Source of the DNA: Octopus sinensis
Taxonomy: Eukaryota
Reading direction: 5' to 3'
DNA length: 64,000 nucleotides
Assembly (NCBI RefSeq): GCF_006345805.1
Contig: NC_043008.1
Span: 77,190,001-77,254,000 of the forward strand
The notes beneath the pieces are model-generated. The model did no database searches. It had not been told where the DNA came from and saw only the letters and a list, made by a program, of their open reading frames with translations. Within the stretch, counting starts at the first letter, position 1. Every line of letters begins with the position of its first letter. The translations under genes were made by a program, and so were the position numbers. This document shows positions 13,400 through 26,460 of the stretch, piece after piece.

Positions 13400-15330
13400 A
13401 TAACCCACAAGGGATGACATACATGATGTCAGGACATGCTCCAAGAATACATGATCACCATAATAACGTCAAACAGCAGTGCCAACCCACAAACTGGGAA
13501 TGGAAGCGCATCAAATACCACTCTCAAGTGAAATCGCAGCCTGGATGACCCTATTTTCTACAACATACACCACGGCAGCTTCTATTTCTATGTTGTCTCT
13601 TAAGTTGCGCTTGTGCACTACTTATCAACCCTACTGACTTAGTCATACACTCCTCTTCTTCAATATAATGATTTTTTTTTACATTATGTCGTCTGCTTTT
13701 GTTATTCTGCTGAGATATCCATTTGATCCCTGTCCGTCCCTAACCCACCCATTTCAGCTGCACAACACGTCTCACATCTATCATTTCTTGGGTGGTCACT
13801 TCCATCTCAAAATTTGTCATTATCCGTTTACTTCGTATCAGAACAAATAGCTGAGCCGCACCAACTATTGGATTTTTTGCTTCATATGGCAATAGCGTTT
13901 TTGCTCTTTTAAATTCATCTCCACAGTAGCACTTATACATTCCAACTTTCAGAATATGACAGGAGATCGAGTCACTCTGGTAAGAACTTGCAAGTACATT
14001 TCTTTCGTTCCTTTCACTTTTGTTAATAGTATTTCAGACTCTACGAATGATCATAAATGCCTTGTTAAAGGCGGTGTTGATAACACCACACCTTAAACTT
14101 CTTTACCAAACTGCAGTATACAATGTTCTAAACTTGACACTCACCATCTCAATACCCACTCTAAGCTTCACTTAAGGTTACTACATAGATACGACCAAGA
14201 ATCTTAATTGCTTATATCCTTAACTTGCCTATGTATTTTGGACAGACTGCGTCTATTTTGGTATAGAGTTACATTGCTGGAATGACTCTTCCAATCACAC
14301 AAAGAAACTTTTTGCTCCCTTTCATGCTTACACTACAACAATAATGTCATCCATAAAATTATGCACAGTTGGTTGTGCCAGATGTCTTCCTACATTCATC
14401 CCTTCAGAGCAGCTTCTGACAATTCGCAATGCCGACACCATAGCCATCATGATGAAAAGTGAATGAATGGCACATCCATCATGACACTTATTTCCAGTAT
14501 TTGCCAGCTGGTCTTAAAATCGTTAGTAATAAACCTCATAACCATCAATCTAGAACGTTGCATTAGTAGGTCCCTCCTCATATGTCTAAGAGTGAACAAA
14601 ATTTCAAATATTTCGTGCATCAGTACAGACTTCTATGTATTTGTCAAGTTAGGCCAGACAACGTGAAGATGTTTTCTTCCCCTCTTAACATACTAAATAG
14701 AGCTGCAACTCATCTCAAAGCAGCCTGGAAGTCCCAGGACACCGGCTTTCTTAACTGGTTTGTGTATAAATTCATTTATTGCATGGAACCTTATTCTTCT
14801 TGCTAACACCCATAAAATATTCTATCCTTTTTATAGGAGGAAGAATGTCAGCCGGAACTGATCCATTGCCTCTGCTCTTTAGGCACCTGCAGCCCCTTTG
14901 CTAAGGACTAGTTCTGTAACCGTTCTTTCACTGCAATAATCTTGCCAACACGCCAGATTAGTGGTTGTGAATGTTGTATTAGCACGTTATTGTTATCTGA
15001 AACCCATTTCGATGTCCCCTTTTTCACAAGCATCTTGATTTCTTTGAAGTTCGAAAGCTCGATCAAAATCTCAGATTAAGCAAATATTGAGTGTTGGGAT
15101 ATTTCGTGAAATAATTTGAGTAAATGGCTTCACGTTCTTTTTACATGTTTTTAAAGTACCAAACCTGTTTTGCTCAAACAAGTTACTCACAAATCTGAAA
15201 GGCTACGGACTATAAGATTGATGAAAATTCCATTATTTCCTTACACGTCTTCAACAATAGAATCCCCAGTTTAACTTCATCCAAAAAGAATTGCATTACT
15301 TCCATGGAATCTATTGTATTTTCTTTATCA
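13400..15330 (-). mobile_element. Decayed HERO-like (RLE-class) non-LTR retrotransposon, RT region
   Basis: Minus-strand translation across stops and frameshifts: VPKEQ..DQFRLT..FMGVLARRI, KAGVLGLPGCFE..KHLHVVW, MRFITNDFKTSWQILE, NFMDD (14341-14360), EFKRAK; this motif order is what I recall for HERO elements. Confidence 0.6.
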
Positions 15331-15649
15331 TTCTGTTAATTTTCCTGGAATTGGGCTTTCTTCATCTGGCGCTCATTGTCGATTTACTTGATTCTTCTTT
15401 GAAGTGGTTATTTACAGTGGTAGTGGTGGCGGTGTAAGTTGTGTTGGTGTTGGTGTTGGTGATGGTGCTGGTGATAGAATAGTGGTAGTAGTTGTGATTA
15501 TTATTATTATTATCTTTATTATTTTCATTAGCATCTTCTTTCAGTTCTGTTTCCATTTCTTGCCTAGTGTCTTTCTGACACCTAGAGCAGAGAAACGTAC
15601 TGCATACATTGATAGGCCATTAAACACACCAGATTGTTAATTTACAAAG

Positions 15650-18600
15650 TCATGTGACAGAGAAAAGTGGAAATATAAATATAAGAGAGAAATGAAATGA
15701 AGAACCAGACGAGGGGAGCAACTCTCCACGAGTCTTAGTTGAAAGACTGCTATCTGACCAGAACACGCAAACGCCTGGAGAAATAAATTGTAATGAATCT
15801 GTTAAAGATAGCGAGGAAAGAGGTAAAAATAATATTTGAAGACTACACATTTACTGAAGAACATAGAGTCTATGATAGAACTGAAACAGAAAATCCTAAA
15901 TAAGCTAGCAGTTGTAAGACACGTCAATATACATGATAGGGAACCACTACATAAGCTCTCAAATACAATCCAAAATAGAAAACATATTAAAATTAGAAAC
16001 TATGTAACAAAGGAAATTATACAGGAACTAAAATGAAATTATTTACGCAGCTGCTAAGACAATTGAAACCAGATGTATGCCTCTGAAAAACAAAGAAATA
16101 CAAACCTGATAAGAATTCCAAACTGGGAAGGTAAATTGAAAAGGAGATTGAAATAATGAGAGGTGAAATATCAATATTGAATGAACTAATCTGTGGAAAC
16201 GATGTAAAAACCAGAAATGGAAGAAAGCTGAAGTGAAAACATATTTCTGACCAAGAAAAAACTGCTTTCAGCAAAAGAAACGCTGCAACAAAAAGTCCAT
16301 GCAAAGTCTCAAAGAATACGAAGATTTGATAAGAGAAACAAATTTTACAAGTAAAATAAGCTGTTCACATCCAATGTGAGAACATTCTACAGAGAAATAG
16401 GGAAAGAAAAAGTAACCGTCGAAGACCCCGCTACCATGTAAGAAGTTGAAAACTTCTGGAAAAGTATCTGGAGTGATGAAAATGCTTACAATGAAAATGC
16501 AGACTGGTTTAGATGCACAGAAAGATCCTGCCAAAATTTAACAGAACAAGAATGGGAAGACATCACAACAGCAGACCTAAGGATGACGCACACGAAGGCT
16601 CATAAGTGGAAGTCCTCTGGGTGCCAAATTTCTGGCCGCCTCGCTCCCGTGCGCACACGAAAATTTAGTCCAATTATTCAATGAAATTATGAGAGATCCT
16701 ACGAAAACACCTGATTGATTAGCAAGAGGTATTACTTACCTACTCACGAAGAATAATGAAACCAAATTCCCCTAAAACTATCGGCTCATAACATGTCTAT
16801 CAACCACTTATAAAATTTTAACATCCGTCCTCGTGGAGAAAACATACAAACTTATGGAACAGAGCTATATTTTCTCCAATGAACAAAAAGGGTGCCAACG
16901 ACACTCATATGGATACAAAGACCAACTCTTAATCAATCGCATGTTCCTTGAAAAATGTCATAACAAACACAGAAATCTCAATTCTGTATGGATTGATTAT
17001 AAAAAGGTCTTCGACAGCATACCGCATTCATGGATCTTGAAATCGCTGGATGTCTTCAAATTTTCTCCTATGATTTCAAACTTCCTGAAGCACAACGTTC
17101 CAATGTGGAATACGAATCTCTAATTATACCACTCTAATGGAGTACTGACCACAAAAAATATTAATATCAACTGCATCATTATCCAAGGTTATTCACTTTT
17201 ACCTTTAATTTTCTGCATAGCCCTAATACCCCTTACAAGTGAAATTAACAGAACAGAGTATGAATATAAAATTGGTGACAAGAAAATAAGTTGTCTATTT
17301 TATATGGATGACTTAAAACGCTATGGCAAATACGATAATGAGCTTGAAGGACTACTATGTACTGTGAGAGCATTCAGTGATGACATCGGGATGAAATTTG
17401 GTTTTGATAAATGTGCCAAGACCACTTTCCAAATAGGGAAACTCCCTCACATTCAGTGTTGTTGGATGTTGGCACAACCATAATAGAACTCGAGCAAGAA
17501 CTAACTTACAAATACCTCGGAATAAATGATGGCTCTGGCATTCAGCATGCAAGTATGAAATAGATCAGGAAGGAGTGTTACAGGAGAGTTCAGAGCAGCC
17601 CTAAAATCCCAGTTAGATGCATGTAACAAAGTGTTAGCTATAAATTCCTTAGCAGTCCCGGTTGTTATTTACAGTTTCAATGTGTTGAACTAGAGTATGA
17701 GCAAAATAAGGAAGATTGACAGGAAAACCCGTAAGCTGCTGACTTGCAATACAATGCATCACCAAAAGGCAGACGCAGATCATCTTTATCTACCCAGAGC
17801 TCAAGGAGATCGAGACTTGATCCAATTCGATATCTCCAACAAGACCACCACAGTTGGACAGGCAAGATATCTTGAAACATCTAACGACTGGATGCTAAAG
17901 CTCGTTGAAAACCATGAGAGACGTAAGAAGCTTCACTCTGTTATGAAGGAGAGCAAACTATTCTCAGGTGAGCTTATGCATAATACCCAGGTTGAACAGC
18001 ATGATGGAAGTGCAGCAATTGTAGTTGCAAAGAAGGTGAAATCAATAGCAAAGCAAAATGCGTTTGAACATTTGGCTGATAGGTGGGAACAAAAACTTCT
18101 GCATGGTAAATATGCAGGCCGTAGCAAACAAACTAATGTAGACTAGAAGCACACCCATCAGTGGCTACGGAGTTCAGGGTTAAAGGCAGAACTGAAGGCT
18201 TTATCTTGGCTGCCCAAGATCAGAGATTATTGACCCGGAACTATCAAGCCAGTTTGATTTTAAATGGTGTAGACCCAAAGTGACGATACTGCAGCGATGG
18301 GATACAAACAGTGGACAACCTGATCTCTGGATGTAAGGTTTTAGCATCTGTAGAGTAATAAATCAAGACATGACTGAGTTGGTCATCTACATTGGCTAAT
18401 GTACCGGCATTATAAAATCGAAACTGTTGACAAATGGTACAAGTACCACCCCGAGGCTGTAACTGAGGGAGAAAATATAACTATTCTTTGGGACTTCCCA
18501 GTATGTGGAGATCAGACAATCAAAGCAAATTAACCAGATATTGTTGTGAAAGACCAAAACAATAGAGTCTGTTTACTCATTGATATGAACATACCTTGTG

Positions 18601-18760
18601 ACCATAATATCTCGGCAAAAGAACTTGATAAGCTCAGAAAATATAAAGATTTGCTAATCAAAGTCGAAAAGATACGGCATCTCAAGACGGTTACAATACT
18701 AGTGATTGTAGGAGCACTTGGAATGATCAAAAAAAAGAACTGAAAATAATTATTTTTAAA
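15650..18760 (+). mobile_element. Decayed R4/Dong-like non-LTR retrotransposon (RT, CCHC, RLE), 3' end broken
   Basis: EQKGC..KDQLLIN..WIDYKKVFDSIPH (16833-17123), YMDDLK (~17243), HHQKAD..LYLPR..G (17697-18146), PDI..CLLID..K.RKYKDL..VIVGALG (18546-18743). Confidence 0.9.
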
Positions 18761-18764
18761 AATA

Positions 18765-19100
18765 AAATATAGTCCGTTGTCTTCTGCTGAACCAGGATCA
18801 TCCCTTGACCCTAGAGTCACAGCAGGTCCTCATCTCATGGAGAGTACACGGCGTGAAATGTGTGCAGGACCTAGCAACGCTATTTTCTGAAGTTCTCCCA
18901 CGTTAACACTGCAAGGTATTTTGTTGAGCTGCTTATGAAGGCCCATTTTTATTAGCTCTAACGCTCCAATCACCACTGGTGCTGTGCTGCTTTTCATTCC
19001 CCAAATCTTGGTTACTTCTAGGTTTTTGTACTTAAATAACGGCTCAACTTCTTTAATGGACACATTTCTCTCTGATGGTACTGTCACATCTATCATTAAG
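18765..19100 (-). mobile_element. 5'-truncated R4/Dong-like element (RLE C-terminus and 3' UTR)
   Basis: MIDVTVPSERNVSIKE..KYK.LE..VVIGAL..LQKIALLG.AHI.RRVL; 5' end abuts the (ATT)n tract. Confidence 0.85.
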
Positions 19101-19101
19101 A

Positions 19102-19293
<192 letters not shown>

Positions 19294-20837
19294 GCCTTTG
19301 CCCAGCTTCTAACGCTGGAGATGTAGTATAGTGAAAGCTGTTCACTACCAGCGAACTAAGGTAATACTTCTTATTTTTCGAGCACCTTCCGGAGTATTCG
19401 GGCGGTTCCATGCAGTGCTGTTTTCTGCAAGTGCTCCACCCTTATTGCAGCCCCTATTTGTTCCACGTACTTCTCGAGATTTTACTCCGACGATTATTGG
19501 TACGACTGCTACCTTTTTCATCGACCACAACTGCTTAACTTCCCAAGCTAACCTGTCATATCACTCAACTTTTCTTTCTTCCTTATCGCATACCTTATTG
19601 TCAGCTGGGCATGCTATATCTATGATCCAGCATAGTTTGCTTTCTTTCTCAATTAAGACTATTTCTGCCTTCCTATTCTCTATCTCATGATCGCGCTGAA
19701 TCATAAAATCTCACAGGATCTTTGCATTTTTATTTTCGACGACGCCTTCGGGTTTGTGGTCGTACCAATTTTTTGCTCTGTCAAGTCCATACTTGTTGCA
19801 AAGTGTCCAAAAGACAAGCCTGGCTATATTGTCGTGGCATCTCTTATATTCCTTCAGGGCTAATAGCGTACATTGGCTGGTAATATGCCATAAGGTTTCA
19901 CCGTTTTGACCACAGAATCTGCACTTATCACTTTCTGCTGTGTTGTCTATTCTGTATTTTATGTAGTTTGTTCTTAGAGCTTGCTGTTGGGCAGCACAAA
20001 TTAGAGCTTCCGTTTCCAGTTTTAAATCACTTTTAGTCATCCATAGCCATCCTTTTTCTCTGACTGTCTTATCTTCAACATCCCTATGGAATTGACCATG
20101 CACTCTTTTCTTTACCCACCTATTTTCAGTTTCATTCGTTTTCAATTTCTTGTACAGTGCTTTCTCTTTGCAATCTTTCATCCAACACAAGCCTGACCTT
20201 CTAATAATGGCGATTCTGTGGCATTTTTTACATACCATGCTATGTTGTTTTCATCTGCTCTAATGCTGTGTTCGCATCCAATAAGTCCTCTTACCCCTAT
20301 TTTTCTTGCTACATACAATCTGTCTGTGTCAATTTTTGGATGGAGTGTCCCATATCTAGTTAGCAACTTCCTTGTCTTTCCGTCTAAGCTGTTTAGTTCG
20401 TCTAGTGTCCACGCGATTATCCCTGCTCCATATCGAAGGAGTGAAACCGCCCAGGTGTTGATAGCTTCGATCTCATTCCGTCCGATTAATTTCGACTTAA
20501 GGGTCAGTCTCCATCTTAAATTTTTCTGTCATTTCTTTCTCCATCAATTTATCCATTTCCAAAATATCCAAGTACTTATAGCCCGTCTTTTCTATTTGCT
20601 TCATAACCTGCCCCGACGGTATCGTTAGTACGTTCATACATTTGATTTTGCCTCTCTCTTCAAGACTAATACACCACACTTTCTCAGTCCGAACTCCATT
20701 CTGACGTAGGGAACTGACTTGGGCTTCATCTTTACCATAAAGTTTGAGGTCATCCATGAATAACAAATGGTTGACTTTTTGTTGGCGGTTTTTGAATACA
20801 TACCCAGCTTTTGCTTTCCTCAGAATCAGTATTAGTG

Positions 20838-20839
<2 letters not shown>
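19294..20839 (-). mobile_element. 5'-truncated R4/Dong-like element
   Basis: HLLFMDDLKLY (20497-20840), LHPK.DTDRLYV.R..G.RGL, HGQF..LKLETEALICAAQQQALRTN..CRFC..ET..HI..C..HD; (ATT)n on both sides. Confidence 0.92.

Positions 20840-20903
<64 letters not shown>
20840..20903. repeat. (ATT)n microsatellite
   Basis: Read directly from the sequence. Confidence 0.95.
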
Positions 20904-20905
<2 letters not shown>

Positions 20906-21157
20906 GTTTTTGAAAGAAATGGATGCTTGTTCAAGGTCCTAATTTGTTTTTTCATGAGTTGGTATTCCAGATTTGTTGAAGTATTAACTAAATAACCCAG
21001 GTGGTCTGTCGACAATTTTCCTTTTAAAGGTGAATTTTGACATTTACAACTGAAGCTTTAATTTTTCTAAGCAAAAATATCACTATGACTTCCCAAATCG
21101 AGGGAAGTGATAGCTGTTGGAACAGCCGTTATGACATTGTTTCGCCACCACTAGTCG

Positions 21158-22440
21158 ATGCAGTTGAGAAACAAAGCAGACAGCAACAACAGCAATAACA
21201 ACAACAAAATAACAGCAACAACAACAACAACAACAACAACAGCAACAACAACAACGACAACGACGACGACGACAACAACAACAACAGAAGCAACAATAAC
21301 TGCTAGGGCTCCAAAACTTTCTTCCTCGCAAGACGAGTTTTCACAGTTGAAAAAATCTATGCCAGGTAGGAGAGTATGTCTACATAGTAGTGTATTTCTA
21401 AGCTGGTGGTTCGATCGACTGGTGTGGGTGAGGCTTATGTTACCGTAGGTGTTACAGAAGCAGCAGCAGCAGCAGTGAGGAAAAAGATATTTTTTTAAAT
21501 GACGCGAACATGACCTCCACTAGGTCCCCAGAAAATGCCGCCATTATGGCTACCACTGCCACCAACAACACAGGCATTAATAAAACGATAGAAGCGCCCG
21601 GTCTTTCTCTAAGCAGAATGGGAACGGTTTTGCACAAGCCTGTCGGAAAGTTAAAAAAAGGTTGTGACCTCAAACCGCACTTAACATAGATTCGGAGAAC
21701 AGTTTTCTTTAACACATCGGAGGAAGTGTAGGAAGACACTAAGAAGAAAAAAATCATTAAATATCAATGTATTTCGTTAAAGACGATAAGACTGGAGTGA
21801 GCGAAAGATGAGGAGGCTAAAGTGAGCGAAAAACGCGGAGGCTAAAGACGAGGGGATTGGAGTGAGCGAAAGATGAGGCTGGAGTGCGCGAAAGACGAGG
21901 AGACTGGAGTGAACGAAAAATGCCCGGTCTAGGTGTTAAAAACTTATGTCGTTTTGGCACAGTTAAGGTAGGTCTGTCAACTGAAAAACTGACCAAAGAA
22001 ACTGCGAGAACCCTCATAATGAGGAATTATGGCTGATTCAGTCATATTTCGGTCGAACAGTGGTCAAAATAAAAGTAGCGGAGGTATCACTTGAAATGAA
22101 CACCTCTCTGCTGGTGGCAGCCGTAGTAGTATACGGCATAGAGAATAAAACAAACATTCTGCAAGTTCACAAAATGGGAAAGAAAATTGGTCAGGCACGG
22201 GCATGGAATTGCCGATACACGCCGATCTTCGTAGTATCGAAGCTATACTCGATCTGATCAACCTCCCTAATGGATCACAGTTATTTAAGAAATAGAGTAT
22301 AGAAAGCCGAGATGCTACATTTGTAGCGAAACAAATGGTTTAACGGCTTTCTGCTGCATGCACAAAGAACTAACTCCGTTACTGCAGACACCTCTAACAC
22401 ACGACCAATATATACAAAAGCAGCAGCAGCACCACCACTA
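21158..22440 (+). mobile_element. Decayed L1/Tx1-like ORF1 (gag-like) region without ORF2
   Basis: SYFGRTVVKIKV..LLVAAVV..NILQV aligns with TYLGRTTKITV..WLAAAVI..GILQM of 51727-52374; degenerate knuckle KPRCYICSETNGLTAFC (~22302-22355); ~25-bp imperfect repeats at 21790-21920. Confidence 0.55.
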
Positions 22441-22467
22441 CCAGCGAAAACACCACCAGCATCAGTG

Positions 22468-22469
<2 letters not shown>

Positions 22470-22519
<50 letters not shown>

Positions 22520-22526
22520 GTTATTA

Positions 22527-22557
<31 letters not shown>

Positions 22558-22568
22558 TATTAATATTA

Positions 22569-22601
<33 letters not shown>

Positions 22602-22618
22602 TATTATTATTATTATTA
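22470..22618. repeat. (ATT)n microsatellite
   Basis: Read directly from the sequence. Confidence 0.95.
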
Positions 22619-22833
22619 TGAAGGCGGCGAGTTGATAGAATCGTTAGTACGCCGGGCGAAATGCTTAACAGCCTTTCACCTGTCCTCGTGTTCTGAGTTC
22701 AAATTCCGCAGAGGTTGACTTTGCCTTTCATCCTTTCAATGTCGATGAAATAAGTACCAGTTTTGCACTGGGGTCGATGTAATCGGCTTACCCCATCCCC
22801 ACAATTTCAGAACTTGTGCCTATAGTTGAAAAG
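22619..22833 (+). mobile_element. tRNA-derived SINE (second family) with ATT repeats on both sides
   Basis: GGCGGCGAGTTGATAGAATCGTTAG head and GAGTTCAAATTCC B-box; collinear with 62581-62798. Confidence 0.85.
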
Positions 22834-22849
22834 ATTATTATCATTATTT

Positions 22850-23220
22850 TTTGTACATGATGCATATAGGTATTCTTGCTCTTAATTTTTCTTTAAGTTT
22901 GTGCCTCCAAAAATTTTTAATTGTTTATTTTGTTACAAATGTTTGTCGAAACCAACGCTGTTGCATAATTCTGGTTGGTGTGTTTGTCTGTGTCCTAAAT
23001 TCGAAAAGAAATTTTTTATTTTATTTTCGAAAAAAGATAAATTCAAAACAAGCATCGTGACATCAACCCTCCTAAGTGAAATAGAGGAGTAATCAAGACG
23101 TAGTTCTAATAGTGAGATGTAACATACGGTAGAGCCCACCATCTTTTACCCACAAACGGAAGGCGAAGTGAGCACCCACCAAGTTCAAAGTACAGCAGAT
23201 CACACTACCACAATGACAAC

Positions 23221-23318
<98 letters not shown>

Positions 23319-24712
23319 CAGCACGGGAAGTTGATTCTAATTACGAAGCTGATTTACTCGCAATAAATAAGACAATAGCAAAACGGCCGGAAGCGGAAAG
23401 TCAGGCAGATGTGAAAGGTGCACTGAAAGAGATAATGCTCGACATTCAGCAATATTCGAGAGCAAAGCACTTTGCGGCAATGATCTACTCTTCCAGTTTT
23501 ATTTCCACATTGCTCGGTGGTTTCTGGACGGATTTCTACCGCAACTAGCAGAAGAACGGGAGAATTGTGAGTCGTGAGCGTGGTGGTGCTGCTGAGAAAG
23601 GACCCAAGCAAGGAAGGACCAAACAGATACTTTTAGGCCAGTAATTCTACTAAACACAGATTACACCAAGGTGTTAGCGAAGGTTAGCGCTTGTCGTCAA
23701 TAAGCTGGTCTAAAATGGATGGGGCCCTAATCAATTTGGATTAGTCAAGAGCTTTTGATAGGTTCGATCATCAATAATTCGAAGCCGTACTCACAGCGGT
23801 CAGTTTCGGTCCCGTTTTCTGAGTCTGGATCGCTGCAATGTACAACATCTTTTCGGTAGATCAAGCGTAGATCGAGAAAGAGCGCTTGGTACATGGAGTG
23901 TCGGTAAGCGTTCACAGCCCTTGGTGGAAGTTTCACATAGGGTATTAGTGAAAACAAGAGAAACGACGCCCTCGGGGAAAATCTGTGCGCCGGAAGGGAT
24001 TAGCTGGTCTTTTCTGGTGGACTTTCGGACTGGGGCCTATGGATAATTTCCAGAAATCCCTAGCCTAGAAGTGTTACCGAGGAGCTCTGCTGGCTCAAAT
24101 CAAACACTATAGGTACGGAAGTGCTGTCAGACGGACCTGTCCGAGATGTGAACAAGACAACGAAACCGTTCTGCATGCACTCGTCCAGTGTCCGGGTATT
24201 GCTGACTTAAGGAACTTTGTTGAACTGCTGTTGACGCGTAGGACAGATCTTGTTATCAGCCTATCACATCGTGAAGATCGCCTCGCCACCTAGCCCTCAT
24301 CAATATTTTCATGGTCCACTTGAAATGGAAAGTAAATGTGGAGAGAGAAGTACTATTCCCCGCACCCCAGGTTTTTTGGGGGTTTTTTAAAAAGTAGGTG
24401 GAGGTAGCGAGGATGGCCTGAGTGAATGGACCTACTCTGAACATATGCTTGTAAACCGGAGGAGTTGAAGAGAGGCCCAGCTGCCGAGGTGCCCCTGGCA
24501 TCGAGATAACCATGATGTGTGAGGTCCCTTATTTGTCCCTAAGTGGAACTACCGCCTTTCGGGGAATTTTGTTGTTGAATTTTTGTTGTTCTTTAATTGT
24601 TCTTGATTTATTGTACACACAAATTTTTGTGCTAAGCTCCCCACCACTTGTCCCTTGTGTTGTATTGTCCTCTATTGTTTTCTGTTCAGTCCTTGTGGCC
24701 AATAAAGAAAAC
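22850..24712 (+). mobile_element. Internally deleted Tx1-like element (ORF1 piece, RT patches, C-terminal zinc finger, 3' UTR)
   Basis: 23545-23850 is homologous to 31965-32370 with gaps; 24010-24230 is homologous to 33400-33610; ends CCTTGTGGCCAATAAAGAAAAC followed by ATT repeats. Confidence 0.8.
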
Positions 24713-24722
24713 ATTATTATTA

Positions 24723-25240
24723 CTGTCCTCGTGGCGACCGGTTTCGGTGAGTACGAAGCAGTGACAGGAGCAAAGATTAATCAGGACAAGTCGCTGGGCC
24801 TGCCGAGGCTCGGCGGGAGAAGCAGATCCATGCCAACCGACTGCGTCGTAGGGCGCTGGACGGAGGGCCGGTTAAATTACTCGGTGCTTAGTTTGGTACG
24901 GACCTCCAGGTGGACAAAAACTGGGGGGAGGTGTCGAGTACGGTGGCAAGTCTCACCGAGAAATAGGTAGAGAGGAAGCTGTCCCTGAATGGTTGAGAGT
25001 TGAGAAGGACAGGGATGCCTGCCGAGGTGCACCTCGCGGTCGGAGTAACCAGGATGTGTGTGGGGTTCCTTGGCTGTCCCTGTGAGGAACTCCCTCCTTT
25101 TGGGGAATTGTTATTGTTTAAATGTATTGTCAATTGTTATTATTTATTGTATACTCGACATTGTTCCAAACCCCACTGTTCTTTGTGTTGTATTGTCCCT
25201 ATTCGCTTCAAGTTCGGCCCTTGTGACCAATAAAGAAATC
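24723..25240 (+). mobile_element. 5'-truncated and internally deleted Tx1-like element
   Basis: 24745-24990 is homologous to 32620-32870, then jumps to a 3' UTR like 24510-24712; ends CCCTTGTGACCAATAAAGAAATC followed by (ATT)6. Confidence 0.8.
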
Positions 25241-25258
25241 ATTATTATTATTATTATT

Positions 25259-26340
25259 CTATGTTTGACTTTTGCTTTATGTCTGTACAAGTTGGCTCCA
25301 AGTCTCACCCAGAGACCTCAAGAGACAACAGGTTGGAAGTTCTGTGCCATATATTTGGTTTTTTTTTGGTTTTTTTTGGTGTTGTACTAGTGAATGTCTA
25401 ATACATAAAAATAAAAAAAAAATTTAAAAAAAATAAATAAATAAATAAAAAAAAAGTATGTTTTAAACCTTGGGATTACATAGAGAGTATTTTGCGTAGG
25501 ATATGAGCAGTTCCCATGAGCACTATCTTTTGAATTTCTGCCATTTTGGGGTTTCCTGGTATCTGAGTTAGGTAGCAATTAGTCCCTTTCGCTATCATTC
25601 CCAGGGCACCTATGACAACAGGTATTGTTTTAGTCTTCAGCTTCCACATTTTGCTGATTTCTATTTCAAGATCTTTATATTTGCTCAGTTTTTGGTAGGT
25701 CTTGACAGATACGTTTATATCGATTGGGACAGTCATATCAATGAGGAGGCATGTTCTTTGTCTGAAGTCTTTCAATATGATGTCTGGCCTATTTGCATCT
25801 ATCTTCCTGTCAGTTTGAATGGTGAAGTTCCAGAGGAGTGAGATGTGGTCATTTTCAAGCACTGGAGGTGGATTGTGTTCCCACCAGTTTTTTTCATGGG
25901 GAAAATCCAGGTTTTTGCAAATTACCCAGTGAATATATTGTGCAGCTCTATCATGCCTGTTGAGGTACTCTGTTGGCGCTAGAAGGCTGCATTTGGAGAC
26001 AACATGATCAATGGTTTCATTTTGTTGTCGGCATACACGACATGTTGGGCTACTGCCGTTCTCTAATATGTTGGCCTGGTAGTTTCTTGTTGGTAGGCAT
26101 TGATCTTGAACTGCTATGATAAACCCCTCTGTTTCAGATTTTAAGCCAGAGGCCATTAGCCATTGATGGGTCAGGGCTTTGTCAATATCTGCATTATTCG
26201 CTCTCTTTGGGTATTTGCCATAGAGAGGTTTTTCTTGCCATTTATTATTCAGAATATCTAAGGCCGCAGTTTTGGCACGGGTTTTCATGCGCTTAGCTTT
26301 TTCTGTGCTTGTTTCTTGTATCTCTATCTCTAATTCCGAT
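25259..26340 (-). mobile_element. 5'-truncated R4/Dong-like element with an open 270-aa C-terminal frame (25476-26288)
   Basis: LKSETEGFIIAVQDQ, CRVC..ETIDHVVSKC..RHD, NRPDI..CLLID..K.SKYKDL, VIGALG, LMGTAHILRK; (ATT)n on both sides. Confidence 0.95.
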
Positions 26341-26341
26341 A

Positions 26342-26372
26342 ATTATTATTATTATTATTATTATCATTATTA

Positions 26373-26460
<88 letters not shown>
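26342..26460. repeat. (ATT)n microsatellite between two head-to-tail Dong-like copies
   Basis: Read directly from the sequence. Confidence 0.95.

Noticed and set aside
21790-21920. Short repeats with variable gaps that look CRISPR-like
   Set aside because: Repeats are degenerate, spacers are not unique 25-45 bp sequences, there are no cas genes, and the context is eukaryotic
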